The notes: generated by a model from the sequence alone, not told the origin. Positions 40,373 to 50,325 are shown, counted from the stretch's first letter. The stretch: DNA of 64,000 bases from an uncultured archaeon (GCA_964428495.1 CAYRXY010000003.1:9588-73587), one strand, 5' to 3'. Made by a program: numbers and translations.

Positions 40373-40918
40373 TCAAGATTTCCTATGATAAGTTTTTTTA
40401 TTTTTGTTTCTTATTTTAATTAGGTATCGGTTCAATTCTTCGTAAAACTTTAGCAGTTCATTCATATTTTTTGTTTTTGACTTAACATATTCTATTCTTT
40501 CTTGAACCGTATGATGCTCTATTTTATCTACATAAACAACCGAAACTTCACAATTTTCAAACTCATTTACAGGAAATATAGGAGCCAAAAATTTATCAAA
40601 GGTAGCATCTATTAACTCATTATCTACTTTTAATGCAAGATGATATCGCTCTGGAAGATTTTTTGAGAGATTTTTCAAGTGCCTATTAAGAAATTCCTGA
40701 TCTTCCCAGTAAAAAATATAAGTTAGATATAAGACCTTCGATCCTAATTTTTCATAAAAATTCCCAAGATATAAATGTTTAGAAGTACAACCAGCTTTTT
40801 TGTGTATTTTTAAACTTTCAATAGCTTTTTGATAGTCTATAGATGCTCCAAACACAATTTCAAAAGGTATATCTCTCACTTCTTCGAACATCTTCTTTTT
40901 ATATTCATATGTATTCAA
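40373..40918 (-). CDS. Transglutaminase/papain-like fold protein
   Basis: Putative Cys-His-Asp triad: GCTSKH, YHLAL, IDATFD. Confidence 0.6.
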   Translation of the reverse strand: MNTYEYKKKMFEEVRDIPFEIVFGASIDYQKAIESLKIHKKAGCTSKHLYLGNFYEKLGSKVLYLTYIFYWEDQEFLNRHLKNLSKNLPERYHLALKVDNELIDATFDKFLAPIFPVNEFENCEVSVVYVDKIEHHTVQERIEYVKSKTKNMNELLKFYEELNRYLIKIRNKNKKTYHRKS

Positions 40919-40996
40919 TTTTTACACCTTTAATGGGTGTAAAGTGTCAGATGTATTCTATAAATAATAAGTATGCAATAAAATAAAATTTTATTT

Positions 40997-41650
40997 ATGA
41001 GAATCATCAAAAATGCCTGGAATATGGAGTTTAAAAGAAAAGGGAAAATTTGGGTTAAACCTCAAGAGGATATTCCCAAAATTATTAAAAAATGGAAAAA
41101 GGAAGGAATAAAAAAAATTCTAGACTTGGGATGTGGTACAGGCAGGCATCTGGTTTACCTAGCTAAGAATGGTTTTGAAACCTATGGATTCGATATTTCA
41201 CGTGAAGGTATAAGAATTGCTAGTAAATGGCTAAGAGAGGAGAGACTAAATGCTAATCTAAAAGTAGGTGATATTTGCAGAAGATTGCCGTATAAAGATG
41301 ATTTTTTTGATGCAATAATTTGTATTAAAACATTAAATCATGGAAAAATAGAATGGATAAGAAGAACCATTCAAGAAATGTATAGGGTTTTGAAACCAGG
41401 AGGATATGTATTTGTTACTGTTCATAAACATAAAAGTAAAAAACAAATACCAAAAAATAGATTATATGGAATAAAATGGATTGCGCCAAGGACTTATATC
41501 ATATTAGACGGCCCTGAAAAGGGGCTTCCTCATTATAGATTTAACAAAAAAATTTTAATTAAAGAATTTAGAAAATCAAAGTTCAAAATTTTAGATTTAT
41601 GGCTAGATTCAACTAATTATTATTGTTTATTAGCTAGAAAATTATCCTAG
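40997..41650 (+). CDS. Class I SAM-dependent methyltransferase
   Basis: ILDLGCGTGRH, GFDIS, RVLKPGG. Confidence 0.9.
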   Translation: MRIIKNAWNMEFKRKGKIWVKPQEDIPKIIKKWKKEGIKKILDLGCGTGRHLVYLAKNGFETYGFDISREGIRIASKWLREERLNANLKVGDICRRLPYKDDFFDAIICIKTLNHGKIEWIRRTIQEMYRVLKPGGYVFVTVHKHKSKKQIPKNRLYGIKWIAPRTYIILDGPEKGLPHYRFNKKILIKEFRKSKFKILDLWLDSTNYYCLLARKLS

Positions 41651-42112
41651 TACGTCTTTTAGCTTAAATTCATTTCCATTAATAAAATAGAACGAACTTC
41701 TATCCTGCGATAAAATTCCCACAAATTTTACATTTTTATAAATAGAAAATATTTTTGCTACATAAAAACGAACTCCTCTTTTCTCATTTGGTCGAAGATC
41801 AACCTTTTTAACTAATAAAACTCTACAAATTCCTATAAAGTTTGATTTTTTATCTAGAAAATGAAAACCATCATGAAAATTATTTGAGGTAGATAATTTT
41901 ACAAGCATTCTAGCAACATAATCAATAGTTGTATTCTTATTTATTTCCTTTAGAAATTTAGATTCCATTGATGGTCTTAACGAAAGAGTCAATTTTTTCA
42001 TTACATCTTTTGTAGATATTACAAATCCTAATCCGTGAAAATTTTTTGAATGCTTCTTAGAGAGTTGTGTACACTTTTTAAGTATTTTTATTCCAATTTC
42101 TTCAATTACCAT
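41642..42112 (-). CDS. Degenerate DisA_N/diadenylate-cyclase-fold protein
   Basis: HDGFH (cf. HDGA), RGVRFYVA (cf. GTRHRAA), GILSQD...YFING (cf. VVSEE...F..G). Confidence 0.55.
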   Translation of the reverse strand: MVIEEIGIKILKKCTQLSKKHSKNFHGLGFVISTKDVMKKLTLSLRPSMESKFLKEINKNTTIDYVARMLVKLSTSNNFHDGFHFLDKKSNFIGICRVLLVKKVDLRPNEKRGVRFYVAKIFSIYKNVKFVGILSQDRSSFYFINGNEFKLKDVLG

Positions 42113-42678
42113 TTCTCCAACACCTTTCTAATTTCGAGATAAAACTTACTCAAATTTTTAGGTCTAGGAAGCTTTCTTTTTCCCTTTGGCTCTATAAATA
42201 CTCTCATAAAAATTGGTCCTTCTTTATTTAAAGCCTGTTCTAATCTTTTTTCAAAGACTTCTCTATTTTTTACTGAGTTATAAACTTTGTATCCAGCTAA
42301 TTTTGCCATTTTTTCTAATTCTATATTAGAAGAATAAGTTTTCATTCCCCCGGTAGAAAAATATACCCCATTATCCAAAACTATGTGTACAAGATTTTTT
42401 GGTTTTGTGCTTCCTATGGTACAAGACCCACCGAGATTCATCAAAAAACTTCCATCACCATCTATGCTGATAATTTTAACATTTGGTTTAGAAAAGGCTA
42501 TACCTAATCCAATAGACGCTACCAGTCCCATAGAACCAGCCATATAGAAATGTTTATCATATTTAGCTATTTCAAACGCTTCTCTACCTATTAATCCAGT
42601 TGTTGTTATGACTATTGCCTTCATTTTTTTAATTTTACTAAAAATGATCTTTAATACCTCTCTACGTTTCATCATCAA
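42106..42678 (-). CDS. TPP-dependent decarboxylase beta subunit (ComE/phosphonopyruvate decarboxylase-like)
   Basis: FYMAGSMGL..SIGLG, TPP motif DGDGSFLMNLG...LDNG...STGG. Confidence 0.9.
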   Translation of the reverse strand: MMMKRREVLKIIFSKIKKMKAIVITTTGLIGREAFEIAKYDKHFYMAGSMGLVASIGLGIAFSKPNVKIISIDGDGSFLMNLGGSCTIGSTKPKNLVHIVLDNGVYFSTGGMKTYSSNIELEKMAKLAGYKVYNSVKNREVFEKRLEQALNKEGPIFMRVFIEPKGKRKLPRPKNLSKFYLEIRKVLEKW

Positions 42679-43214
42679 AATACACCTCTCTTTATTATTA
42701 GAGCTACTGGCCTATTTTTTTTCTCCAGGCTTTTATTAGCCCTATAAACAGAACTTTTTATTGTAGTTGGTGAAATAATGTAATATTTTATATTTAGCAG
42801 TGACAAGATTGGAAGTGTAATTTTCCCATCAATTAAATGATGGGTCGCATCTTCTCCTTTACATCCTCTCCAGGTTATCAGAAATATAACTGGTATTTTA
42901 TATGAAAGAAGTAATGATGAAATATCATGTATTGAATTTAAGAAACCAGAGTTCTGCATATAGATGACAACTTTATTTCCAGCCATTGCTGCTCCCGCCG
43001 CAATTCCTATGGCCTCTCCTTCTCTAATCGCTGGTATATGGAAAATATTCTTATTTTTTTCAATTTCCCTGATAATATATTTTTGTACTGCGCACGGTAC
43101 ACCTGTTGCGAAGTTCACATTCACTTTAACTAAACTCCTTACAAGCTCTTTTGCCCTTTTCTTCCTAATAACCCCTGATAAAGGTTTGTAGGTGACTCCC
43201 TTCAATTTTTTCAC
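42675..43214 (-). CDS. TPP-dependent decarboxylase alpha subunit (ComD/phosphonopyruvate decarboxylase-like)
   Basis: TGVPC, REGEAIGIAAG, YMQNSG, TWRG..GEDA..H. Confidence 0.9.
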   Translation of the reverse strand: MKKLKGVTYKPLSGVIRKKRAKELVRSLVKVNVNFATGVPCAVQKYIIREIEKNKNIFHIPAIREGEAIGIAAGAAMAGNKVVIYMQNSGFLNSIHDISSLLLSYKIPVIFLITWRGCKGEDATHHLIDGKITLPILSLLNIKYYIISPTTIKSSVYRANKSLEKKNRPVALIIKRGVF

Positions 43215-44262
43215 CTTTAAATTTTGTATACCATAATCCTCTATAATTTTCCCATAATTTTGGTCTTAAATCAGTATCCTCAAAAATATTCTCGAATATC
43301 ATTCTAGCATTTAAAAAATAATCTAACCTTTTAGCGTCTTCATGTCTTAAAAGTTCAAATGATGGGTGATATGCTTGGAATATATTAATTACAGGAAATC
43401 GTGTCAATACCTTCTTAAATTTTTGAAATGCATGAGAAATACTAGAAAGACTATCCAATCCAAGTACATATAGTAATGACGTCTCAATTCCTTTTTTTCT
43501 TAAATTGTTTAGAAATTTAACCGTCTTCTCTACATTAAAGGCTGCGAAATATTTTTTTCTTTTGTCAATAAAATCTCTTCGTTCAAGAGTTTCCAATGTA
43601 AAATAATAAGAAAATTTTGGAATGATTTTAGATATTTCCTTTAAATTACTTTTATTTCTTAGCTGGGCCCCAATATATTTAATTTCACCTTTAAAGTTCA
43701 TGAGTGAAGCAGCTTTATAAATTGAAATTAAATGTGTAAATAACTTTTTTTCATTCTCAAACAAACCAGTATTAAGACATATCTCTTCCAGCTTTGAAAA
43801 TTTTATTTTGGCTGTTTCTTCAATTTTTTCAAATAATTTCAAAATTTCTTTAAACTCTAAAAATTTTCTTTTAGACCTAGGTGTTTGATATTGAGTACCA
43901 CAAAATGTACATTTTCCTATACAATGACTTCTATCATTAGTATTTAATACTAGAACCTTTTTTTTCTTTCTAAAATAATATAGTTCAACTAGATCATTTT
44001 CAAATTTCTTCAAACTTCCAATCATATATTCTCCTAAATGTATTTTTGACTTAGTTAAGTAAAATGGAGTTTGAGATGTATTCAAACATATCATTAAATA
44101 AAAAGTTTTATTTATAAAATTTGGAGTGAAATACGACCTTATTCTTAAGAATTTTAGAGAACTCTTTGCTCCTAAGGTATTTAGTGATATTAAGCAAGTA
44201 TCAGTATCGGGAACGTTATATTTCTGTGAATAGTATTTAAGATTCTTTATATTATCTATCAC
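43165..44262 (-). CDS. Radical SAM enzyme of unknown function
   Basis: CxxxCxxC motif (CIGKCTFC) followed by a partial TIM-barrel-like strand pattern. Confidence 0.8.
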   Translation of the reverse strand: MIDNIKNLKYYSQKYNVPDTDTCLISLNTLGAKSSLKFLRIRSYFTPNFINKTFYLMICLNTSQTPFYLTKSKIHLGEYMIGSLKKFENDLVELYYFRKKKKVLVLNTNDRSHCIGKCTFCGTQYQTPRSKRKFLEFKEILKLFEKIEETAKIKFSKLEEICLNTGLFENEKKLFTHLISIYKAASLMNFKGEIKYIGAQLRNKSNLKEISKIIPKFSYYFTLETLERRDFIDKRKKYFAAFNVEKTVKFLNNLRKKGIETSLLYVLGLDSLSSISHAFQKFKKVLTRFPVINIFQAYHPSFELLRHEDAKRLDYFLNARMIFENIFEDTDLRPKLWENYRGLWYTKFKGEKIEGSHLQTFIRGY

Positions 44263-44306
44263 ACTTAATATATGCCAAAAAATTTTATATTTTTATTAGA
44301 AATTTA

Positions 44307-46337
44307 TCAGGACAAATTCACAGATCCAAATATCATTAATGTAAAGCCGAGAGTTAGAAAGTACATAATGGAGCCGAACCAAAGAATATGAAATATTAAA
44401 TTGTTCTTTCCGATTTTATCCTCACCATTTTGAATCCCGTTTATTAGAGTCCCTACGATATAGGAAGTTAGAATGAAATATATAGAAGACACGAGCTGAA
44501 ATTCCCCTTGTGTAATTTCTAGTTTACCCCACGGTAGAATTAACATGCTAGAAGCATATGTTCCCATAAGTTCTTGTCCGGTAAACTTTGTTGCTATTTG
44601 ATTTATTATATTTATCATAAGGTTTGAAAGCGTTACAATAACACCAGAAACTAATGGAGTCAAAATGTATCCCTGAAGCTTTAGAGCACTGACTATATCC
44701 TCTAAGAGATCGCTTATTCTTTCTTGTGTCTGATGTACATCATAGAGATATCTAGAAATACTCAACATCGCAGAGGCTGCAGCCTGTACACCTTTAGACG
44801 AAACATCAGCAACAGTCCTCATTATTGAATTGATTAGAGTAGATGGATAATAAAGAATAGCACCATATTCTGGATCAAATATAGCCTGTCGAAAAGTCAT
44901 TCCAAGTCTTTTTATGTTTCTAAGAATAATAACAAAGAATTTTTTTATGCTAAGGTTACCTATTGCGTGTATCAGCCTTTCTATTGCAACCTCTAATGGC
45001 ATTCCGGTAGAAAGATAATTTCCAAGTTGAAATAGAGCCTCTGTGAATTCTTCTTCTATTTTCCTTATTTCATTTCTCAATTCTATTCTTTGGAACGATG
45101 AAAGATAAAAATAAGATATTGATCCAACAATAAGACCAAAAGAAATTACTATAGATTGAAATAGATTATTCTCATCGGCCGCTGTAGCATTTATATAGAG
45201 ATGAGAACCGAAAATTATGAAAGGTAAAGCAACCAAAATTGAAAATGGTAGGACGGGAACAAAGTATTTCTTTTTTCCAATTCTTAAGGCAAAGGTCCCT
45301 TCTGGCGGCATATCAGGATGATGAACCGGTCTTATCTCACTAAACGTTGTCGGTCTTCTAGAAAGAATTTCAGAAACAAAAAACATAAGTGCAATTGGGA
45401 GAATTCCATCAAAACCTATGAATAGTATGGATGATTTTATCTTCATAAATATACCCAATACAGGAAATAGAACCATTCCTATGACTGGCAATAGAATTCC
45501 AAGAGCATGAAGAAGCATCACAGGTATTTTAAGTTCTTGTGAATAATGCTTGGCTTTTTCACTTGTTCCATCAAGCACTATCTTAACAGCTTCATCCAGC
45601 ATCTTTAGTCTTCTTTCCTCGGGTTGTGCTAATGCATTCCTTAGTGTTTGAACTGCCTCTATTATATACCGCTCTTCCTTCCATCTAGACAAATATTTCA
45701 TTAGTGCTTCATCAATATTTTCATACTTACCAACTTCAACATCCCATAAAATTTTTCTCATATCATTTGCTAATGGCCCTACGAGATTTCGAGCAGCGAA
45801 ATCAACTGCTCCTTCAAGATTTGGCGACTGTCTTAAATAAACAACCATATACAAAATAAGGAATGGAATTTCTGTTCCTATCTTAGTCATGTATTTTCTT
45901 TTATAGGTTATAGGATAGGTGTACAGATAGTAAGAGAACAACAATTCAAATAATATTATTATAAGTGCATGATTCAACGTAATACCAAGCTTCAGTATGT
46001 TTGATACTACCACAACAACTAAGGTTAAAATAATTGAACTTAAAAGAAAGAGCATAGCAAGAGATGTTGCACCTTCAGGTGTAATCTTCATCTTGGTTAT
46101 CTTTATTGCATCTATCATCTTCTTTTTAGTTTTTTCATCTGGTTGAACTTTCATTATCTTCTCTGCAAATTCACAAGCCTTCTCGTAAACTGTGTCCTTC
46201 TTCTTTAACATCTCTTCCTCTTCTAAAAAGAGCTTGTATTCTCGAGAAGCAAACTTATATGCAGGGACTTCTAACTTAACGTCTGATTTTTTCTTCTCCT
46301 TTTTCTTTTTGAAGAACTTCTTAAACCAATCAAGCAT
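44307..46337 (-). CDS. Type IV pilus/T2SS-F (TadB/TadC-like) membrane platform protein
   Basis: Duplicated T2SSF-like domains (SPNLEGAV; GMPLEVAI), multiple TMs; overlaps the ATPase gene. Confidence 0.85.
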   Translation of the reverse strand: MLDWFKKFFKKKKEKKKSDVKLEVPAYKFASREYKLFLEEEEMLKKKDTVYEKACEFAEKIMKVQPDEKTKKKMIDAIKITKMKITPEGATSLAMLFLLSSIILTLVVVVVSNILKLGITLNHALIIILFELLFSYYLYTYPITYKRKYMTKIGTEIPFLILYMVVYLRQSPNLEGAVDFAARNLVGPLANDMRKILWDVEVGKYENIDEALMKYLSRWKEERYIIEAVQTLRNALAQPEERRLKMLDEAVKIVLDGTSEKAKHYSQELKIPVMLLHALGILLPVIGMVLFPVLGIFMKIKSSILFIGFDGILPIALMFFVSEILSRRPTTFSEIRPVHHPDMPPEGTFALRIGKKKYFVPVLPFSILVALPFIIFGSHLYINATAADENNLFQSIVISFGLIVGSISYFYLSSFQRIELRNEIRKIEEEFTEALFQLGNYLSTGMPLEVAIERLIHAIGNLSIKKFFVIILRNIKRLGMTFRQAIFDPEYGAILYYPSTLINSIMRTVADVSSKGVQAAASAMLSISRYLYDVHQTQERISDLLEDIVSALKLQGYILTPLVSGVIVTLSNLMINIINQIATKFTGQELMGTYASSMLILPWGKLEITQGEFQLVSSIYFILTSYIVGTLINGIQNGEDKIGKNNLIFHILWFGSIMYFLTLGFTLMIFGSVNLS

Positions 46338-48564
46338 GTTTACCACTTGATTTCAGCCATTCTAACCATCTCTTATATATTTCATTCGAGTCCAACTCCT
46401 CAAACTCTTCCAGAACTTTACTGGAAATCAAATGAAACTGATCATTAGACTTAACAACAAACTCTGCTTCCAAAATTTCTGGATTTTTCTTTCCATATTC
46501 TGCAAGTGTTTTCATTATTTTAGACCTCAACATTATATTGTCCCAGACCTTATCCCATCTTCCTTTCCATTCCCTGACACGGGAGGCTATCTCATTCAAT
46601 ACAAATGATTCGCCGATACTCAATGTTTCGGTTGGTCTCAGTTCATCCTCTTTTGCATGATACTCGAGCAAATCAACAAATCCCCCTTCAGTAAGAGGGT
46701 CTTCCTTCCAATGTTTTCTAACCTCTGTAAGTTGTATTACTCTTCTAAATGTTGTTAAGCCATCAGGAGATCTAAGTCTGTTAGCAATGACTATAATGTC
46801 CGTCGCCTTAAAGCTGGTGGGAGGTACCCCCAAATCATTAACAACTCTATCGTATACACCATAGGGAGAGTCACCGTGTATGGTACCTGCCACTACGTTT
46901 GCTAATGCACCAATACGCATAGCCTCATATAGCGCCTTTGCCTCCACACTTCGAACCTCACCGACAATCAAACACGAATCTCCTAAACGAAGTGCAGTTC
47001 TCAACGCCTCATCTGCAGGAAGTTCTATTTCTACTTGAGTTATAACACTTCGTGATTTCAATTGCTCAATATTATATCCAAGCTCTCTCAACTTTCTTAC
47101 TGGAAGTTCTAATGTATCTTCTAATGTTACGATTCTTGATTTTCTCATTATTTGAAGCATCATCGCACCTAACAATGAAGTCTTACCACTTGAACGAGTA
47201 CCAGCAATTAATATACTCCTTCCATTGTCAACTAAAAACCAAAGTAATCCAGCTGTAAATGGATTTATCATCCTATTTGATACGAATAGAGGAAATGTCC
47301 AAGGTCTTTCTCTATGTCGTCTTAAAGCAAATGCCAAACCTGTTGGTGAAAGTGTTCTCGTAATTGAACAGACTCTTGCATGACCTCCGGGTATAAAAAG
47401 CTCTGTATCGAGAACTGGGTTCGCCTCGTCCAATGGCCTTCCTGATAAAAGTCTCAATCTTGTCGCCCAAGATTCAGCATCCTCTCTACTAGGTATTAGA
47501 TTCGTCTCACACTCCTCAAAGTCGTTGTGAAAGATATATATTGGCGATCTACCTATAGGAGAGTTTACGGAAATATCCTGAATCTTTTCATCTGCAAGTA
47601 AAAGCTCTAAGATACCAAAACCAGCTGTATATCTAGTAAGTATTCGTGCAAGCAAATCTATCTTATCAGATGAAAGCCTTACACCATGTCTATTTGCCAG
47701 ATCAGATACCAAGTCCTTTGAAATGTTGTAAAAGGTTTCCCTCATCGTTTTTGGATCAGATAGTTCCGGTCTTCGTGGCTGGTGAGCTGCAAGATATCTC
47801 CTTGCAGCATCAAGTATTGTATATTCATCCTCTTCCAACCTAAATTCTGGTGGTAACATATGATAAAGATATCGAACCTTTCCAGGTAATCTAAAGATTT
47901 CTACGATTGATTCTCCAACCTTATAACGATAAACAAGCTCTGCATTTTCTGGTGGTATTGCAAGATAATAAGTGTACATAAAGTTCGGTCGAATTGTTGG
48001 ATGAAATATTTCTCGGTAGAATGATCTGTCCTTTATTGGTTTATCTAACACATCCTTAGCCAGTTCAAATATTTCACATCGATCGAGAATTTCCTTCATA
48101 GGAAGTAGAGCTTTTCTTAAGTACTTTGAATAACATTCTTGACATATACCTTTAGACCTTTCTAATCTCACTTTGACATGTCGAATTTCACGTATCAACT
48201 GTTTGTATGCATTCAAAGGATCATACTTAATTTGATCTACTAAATTTCTCAAAAAAGCATATCTAGTGGGAACACACTTATCACATCCTTTTACAGAAAT
48301 ATTTTCTAAAGAAATTAAACGCTTTCTCATTATCTCTTGAATTGCATCTGCAAGTTGAACTAGTAATTTTACTTGGGGATAGTCATACTCATATTCTCTT
48401 GTTTCAGCGAGGACGATTTTAGAAACCTTTTTTACTTCAAATAGCTTCTCAATTATTCTTCCCATACATACTTCGCTATCCTCTATACTTGCTCCATATA
48501 TGCAACCCAGACAGTTAATTCTCATCGTCTGGTTTTTATCATCGTAAGTATAATCACAAACCAT
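46330..48564 (-). CDS. Type IV pilus assembly ATPase (VirB11/TadA/FlaI family) with a Cys-containing N-terminal extension
   Basis: AGTRSSGKTS, TLEDTLEL, LRLGDSCLIVGEVRS.EA, GTIHG. Confidence 0.93.
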   Translation of the reverse strand: MVCDYTYDDKNQTMRINCLGCIYGASIEDSEVCMGRIIEKLFEVKKVSKIVLAETREYEYDYPQVKLLVQLADAIQEIMRKRLISLENISVKGCDKCVPTRYAFLRNLVDQIKYDPLNAYKQLIREIRHVKVRLERSKGICQECYSKYLRKALLPMKEILDRCEIFELAKDVLDKPIKDRSFYREIFHPTIRPNFMYTYYLAIPPENAELVYRYKVGESIVEIFRLPGKVRYLYHMLPPEFRLEEDEYTILDAARRYLAAHQPRRPELSDPKTMRETFYNISKDLVSDLANRHGVRLSSDKIDLLARILTRYTAGFGILELLLADEKIQDISVNSPIGRSPIYIFHNDFEECETNLIPSREDAESWATRLRLLSGRPLDEANPVLDTELFIPGGHARVCSITRTLSPTGLAFALRRHRERPWTFPLFVSNRMINPFTAGLLWFLVDNGRSILIAGTRSSGKTSLLGAMMLQIMRKSRIVTLEDTLELPVRKLRELGYNIEQLKSRSVITQVEIELPADEALRTALRLGDSCLIVGEVRSVEAKALYEAMRIGALANVVAGTIHGDSPYGVYDRVVNDLGVPPTSFKATDIIVIANRLRSPDGLTTFRRVIQLTEVRKHWKEDPLTEGGFVDLLEYHAKEDELRPTETLSIGESFVLNEIASRVREWKGRWDKVWDNIMLRSKIMKTLAEYGKKNPEILEAEFVVKSNDQFHLISSKVLEEFEELDSNEIYKRWLEWLKSSGKHA

Positions 48565-48614
48565 AATTATCTCTTATAGTTTTTCCATTTATAATTTGAA
48601 AAGAAAAAAGAAAA

Positions 48615-49580
48615 TCATCTAACTAAGAATGCCCACCAAGGTCTTCTTATGTGAATTACATCTCCTGTAACTACGTCGGCACTACTTTCCACTGGAACGT
48701 TAACGTTAAACACACCGAGAAATTTTCCTGGTTTCAATGCTCTTACCTTGTAAACGACTTTGTTCCCTTCACTATCTATCTCAATTCGTTCAAGCTTCTT
48801 AAATTTGACTTGTTGCCTTATCTTGTTTATTACATCATCTGGAAGCGCCTTTATTTGAGCCGTAACGTTTCTTTCTGTTCGCACTACAACTGTTCCGTTT
48901 TCTATTTCGATATTTCTTCTCGTCACGACTGTTAGATTTCCTATTCTCATTTCAACTTCCCCCTTACTCTCGTTCACTGTCATATTCACTACTCTTTCTC
49001 GTATCCTCGCTCTAATTCTTGCTAACCTTGCAGGAATAGCTGTCTCGTTTGTCATATTTTTCATTCTTAACCATGCAGAAATTCTTGCTTTTCTAGGATT
49101 AATCACGAACCTTTCTATACCCTCTGTGTGATTAAGCGCATTTTCCACTTCAGTCTCATTTCCTGTTTTCACAATAGATATCTCAGTATTAGGAGCTATT
49201 ATGTGAATCTCCTTAGTATGATTTTCATTATTCTGACTAATTTCTATCACTGCCCTTGGAGTTGTTATGTATGTTTCCTTTGTTTCATTAGAGATTACCA
49301 TCGTTCTGTTTACCCCTCTACTACTCATAGAAATGATTTTCGACCCGTTAACAATCTCTCTAGTTATGTTAACCTTTCCCTCTGGTGTTTTTATTTGAAT
49401 CAATTTTGTACCGTTAATATCGACAACAGTTTTGTTCTTAAGTAAGTGGGATAACGCAACTGGTCTCATCTTGTTCATTATGTGAAGAGTCCCCGGTGCT
49501 GCGTTCTGACTCTGTGGAAATACTGCAAAGCCCACTGAAGCTACTAACAGAACTGATAATAAAATCAATAGTTTCTTCAT
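48615..49580 (-). CDS. Secreted hypothetical protein
   Basis: Signal peptide, beta-rich body, C-terminal KFLGVF...TGDVIHIRRPWWAFL. Confidence 0.75.
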   Translation of the reverse strand: MKKLLILLSVLLVASVGFAVFPQSQNAAPGTLHIMNKMRPVALSHLLKNKTVVDINGTKLIQIKTPEGKVNITREIVNGSKIISMSSRGVNRTMVISNETKETYITTPRAVIEISQNNENHTKEIHIIAPNTEISIVKTGNETEVENALNHTEGIERFVINPRKARISAWLRMKNMTNETAIPARLARIRARIRERVVNMTVNESKGEVEMRIGNLTVVTRRNIEIENGTVVVRTERNVTAQIKALPDDVINKIRQQVKFKKLERIEIDSEGNKVVYKVRALKPGKFLGVFNVNVPVESSADVVTGDVIHIRRPWWAFLVR

Positions 49581-49584
49581 AGCA

Positions 49585-50325
49585 TCACCTAAACCATCTT
49601 CTTATAAATAAGAACATTGGCTCTTTATATTCTTTTCCTGTGAGTTTGGAGGCTAGTCGGAAAAATGCCACGCTCGCAGGAGCGTACGGATGATATTCAA
49701 CAACAGGTTTCTTTGCTGCCAAACTCCTCAAAACGTTCTTATCAAAAGGTATTTTACCTATCACAGGAGCCCCTAGGGTTGCTTCAACTTCAGCATCCCC
49801 AATCTCGTGTTTCTCCCTCATTACCCTGTTCAAAACTATACCCTTAATCTTCACGCCCATATCCTTGGCTACTTCCACTGTCTTTAATGCATCCGTAACA
49901 TCTGGAAGGTATGGCGATGTCACAACCAGTATTTCATCGCATGCTTCCAACACATTAATTGCCGTCTTATCTAGCCCAGGGGGTGAATCTATTAGAACTT
50001 TTGTATCAAACTCCTTTAGAGCCTGCTTTAGACCTGATGAGTCAATATTAAGATACCTAAGAGAAAGATGAGCTGGAATAAATCTAAGTCCTGTTTCATG
50101 TATATGAAGAGCTTCTAGAAGGGAAAGATTCTGATTAAGAACCTCATGAACCGTTTTATCATAATCAAAGATTCCCAAGTGTAGACCGAAGTTTGGATTT
50201 TTTAGGTCTCCGTCCATAACAACAACTTCCTCTCCAAGCTTGTGCATTGCTAGTCCAAGATTAACAGAAACCGTAGTCTTCCCAACACCTCCTTTACCAG
50301 ATACGATGCCAACGACATTCCTCAT
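49585..50325 (-). CDS. minD: MinD/ParA-family ATPase
   Basis: SGKGGVGKTT deviant Walker A, IDSPPG, GIVLNR, C-terminal amphipathic FLFIRRWFR. Confidence 0.88.
   Translation of the reverse strand: MRNVVGIVSGKGGVGKTTVSVNLGLAMHKLGEEVVVMDGDLKNPNFGLHLGIFDYDKTVHEVLNQNLSLLEALHIHETGLRFIPAHLSLRYLNIDSSGLKQALKEFDTKVLIDSPPGLDKTAINVLEACDEILVVTSPYLPDVTDALKTVEVAKDMGVKIKGIVLNRVMREKHEIGDAEVEATLGAPVIGKIPFDKNVLRSLAAKKPVVEYHPYAPASVAFFRLASKLTGKEYKEPMFLFIRRWFR

Larger units (their letters stand above)
40373..44262. mobile_element. Putative AT-rich genomic islet downstream of tRNA-Arg
   Basis: Starts 16 bp after the tRNA; visibly more A/T-rich and Lys/Ile-rich than the flanks; accessory genes only; no integrase or att repeat seen. 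Confidence 0.5.

Noticed and set aside
42106..43214. comDE as evidence of coenzyme M biosynthesis or methanogenesis
   Set aside because: No comA/B/C or methanogenesis genes here; the family also covers phosphonopyruvate and other decarboxylases.
44263..44306. attR copy of the tRNA-Arg 3' end at the islet's right border
   Set aside because: No matching sequence found, so the islet cannot be called an intact integrative element.
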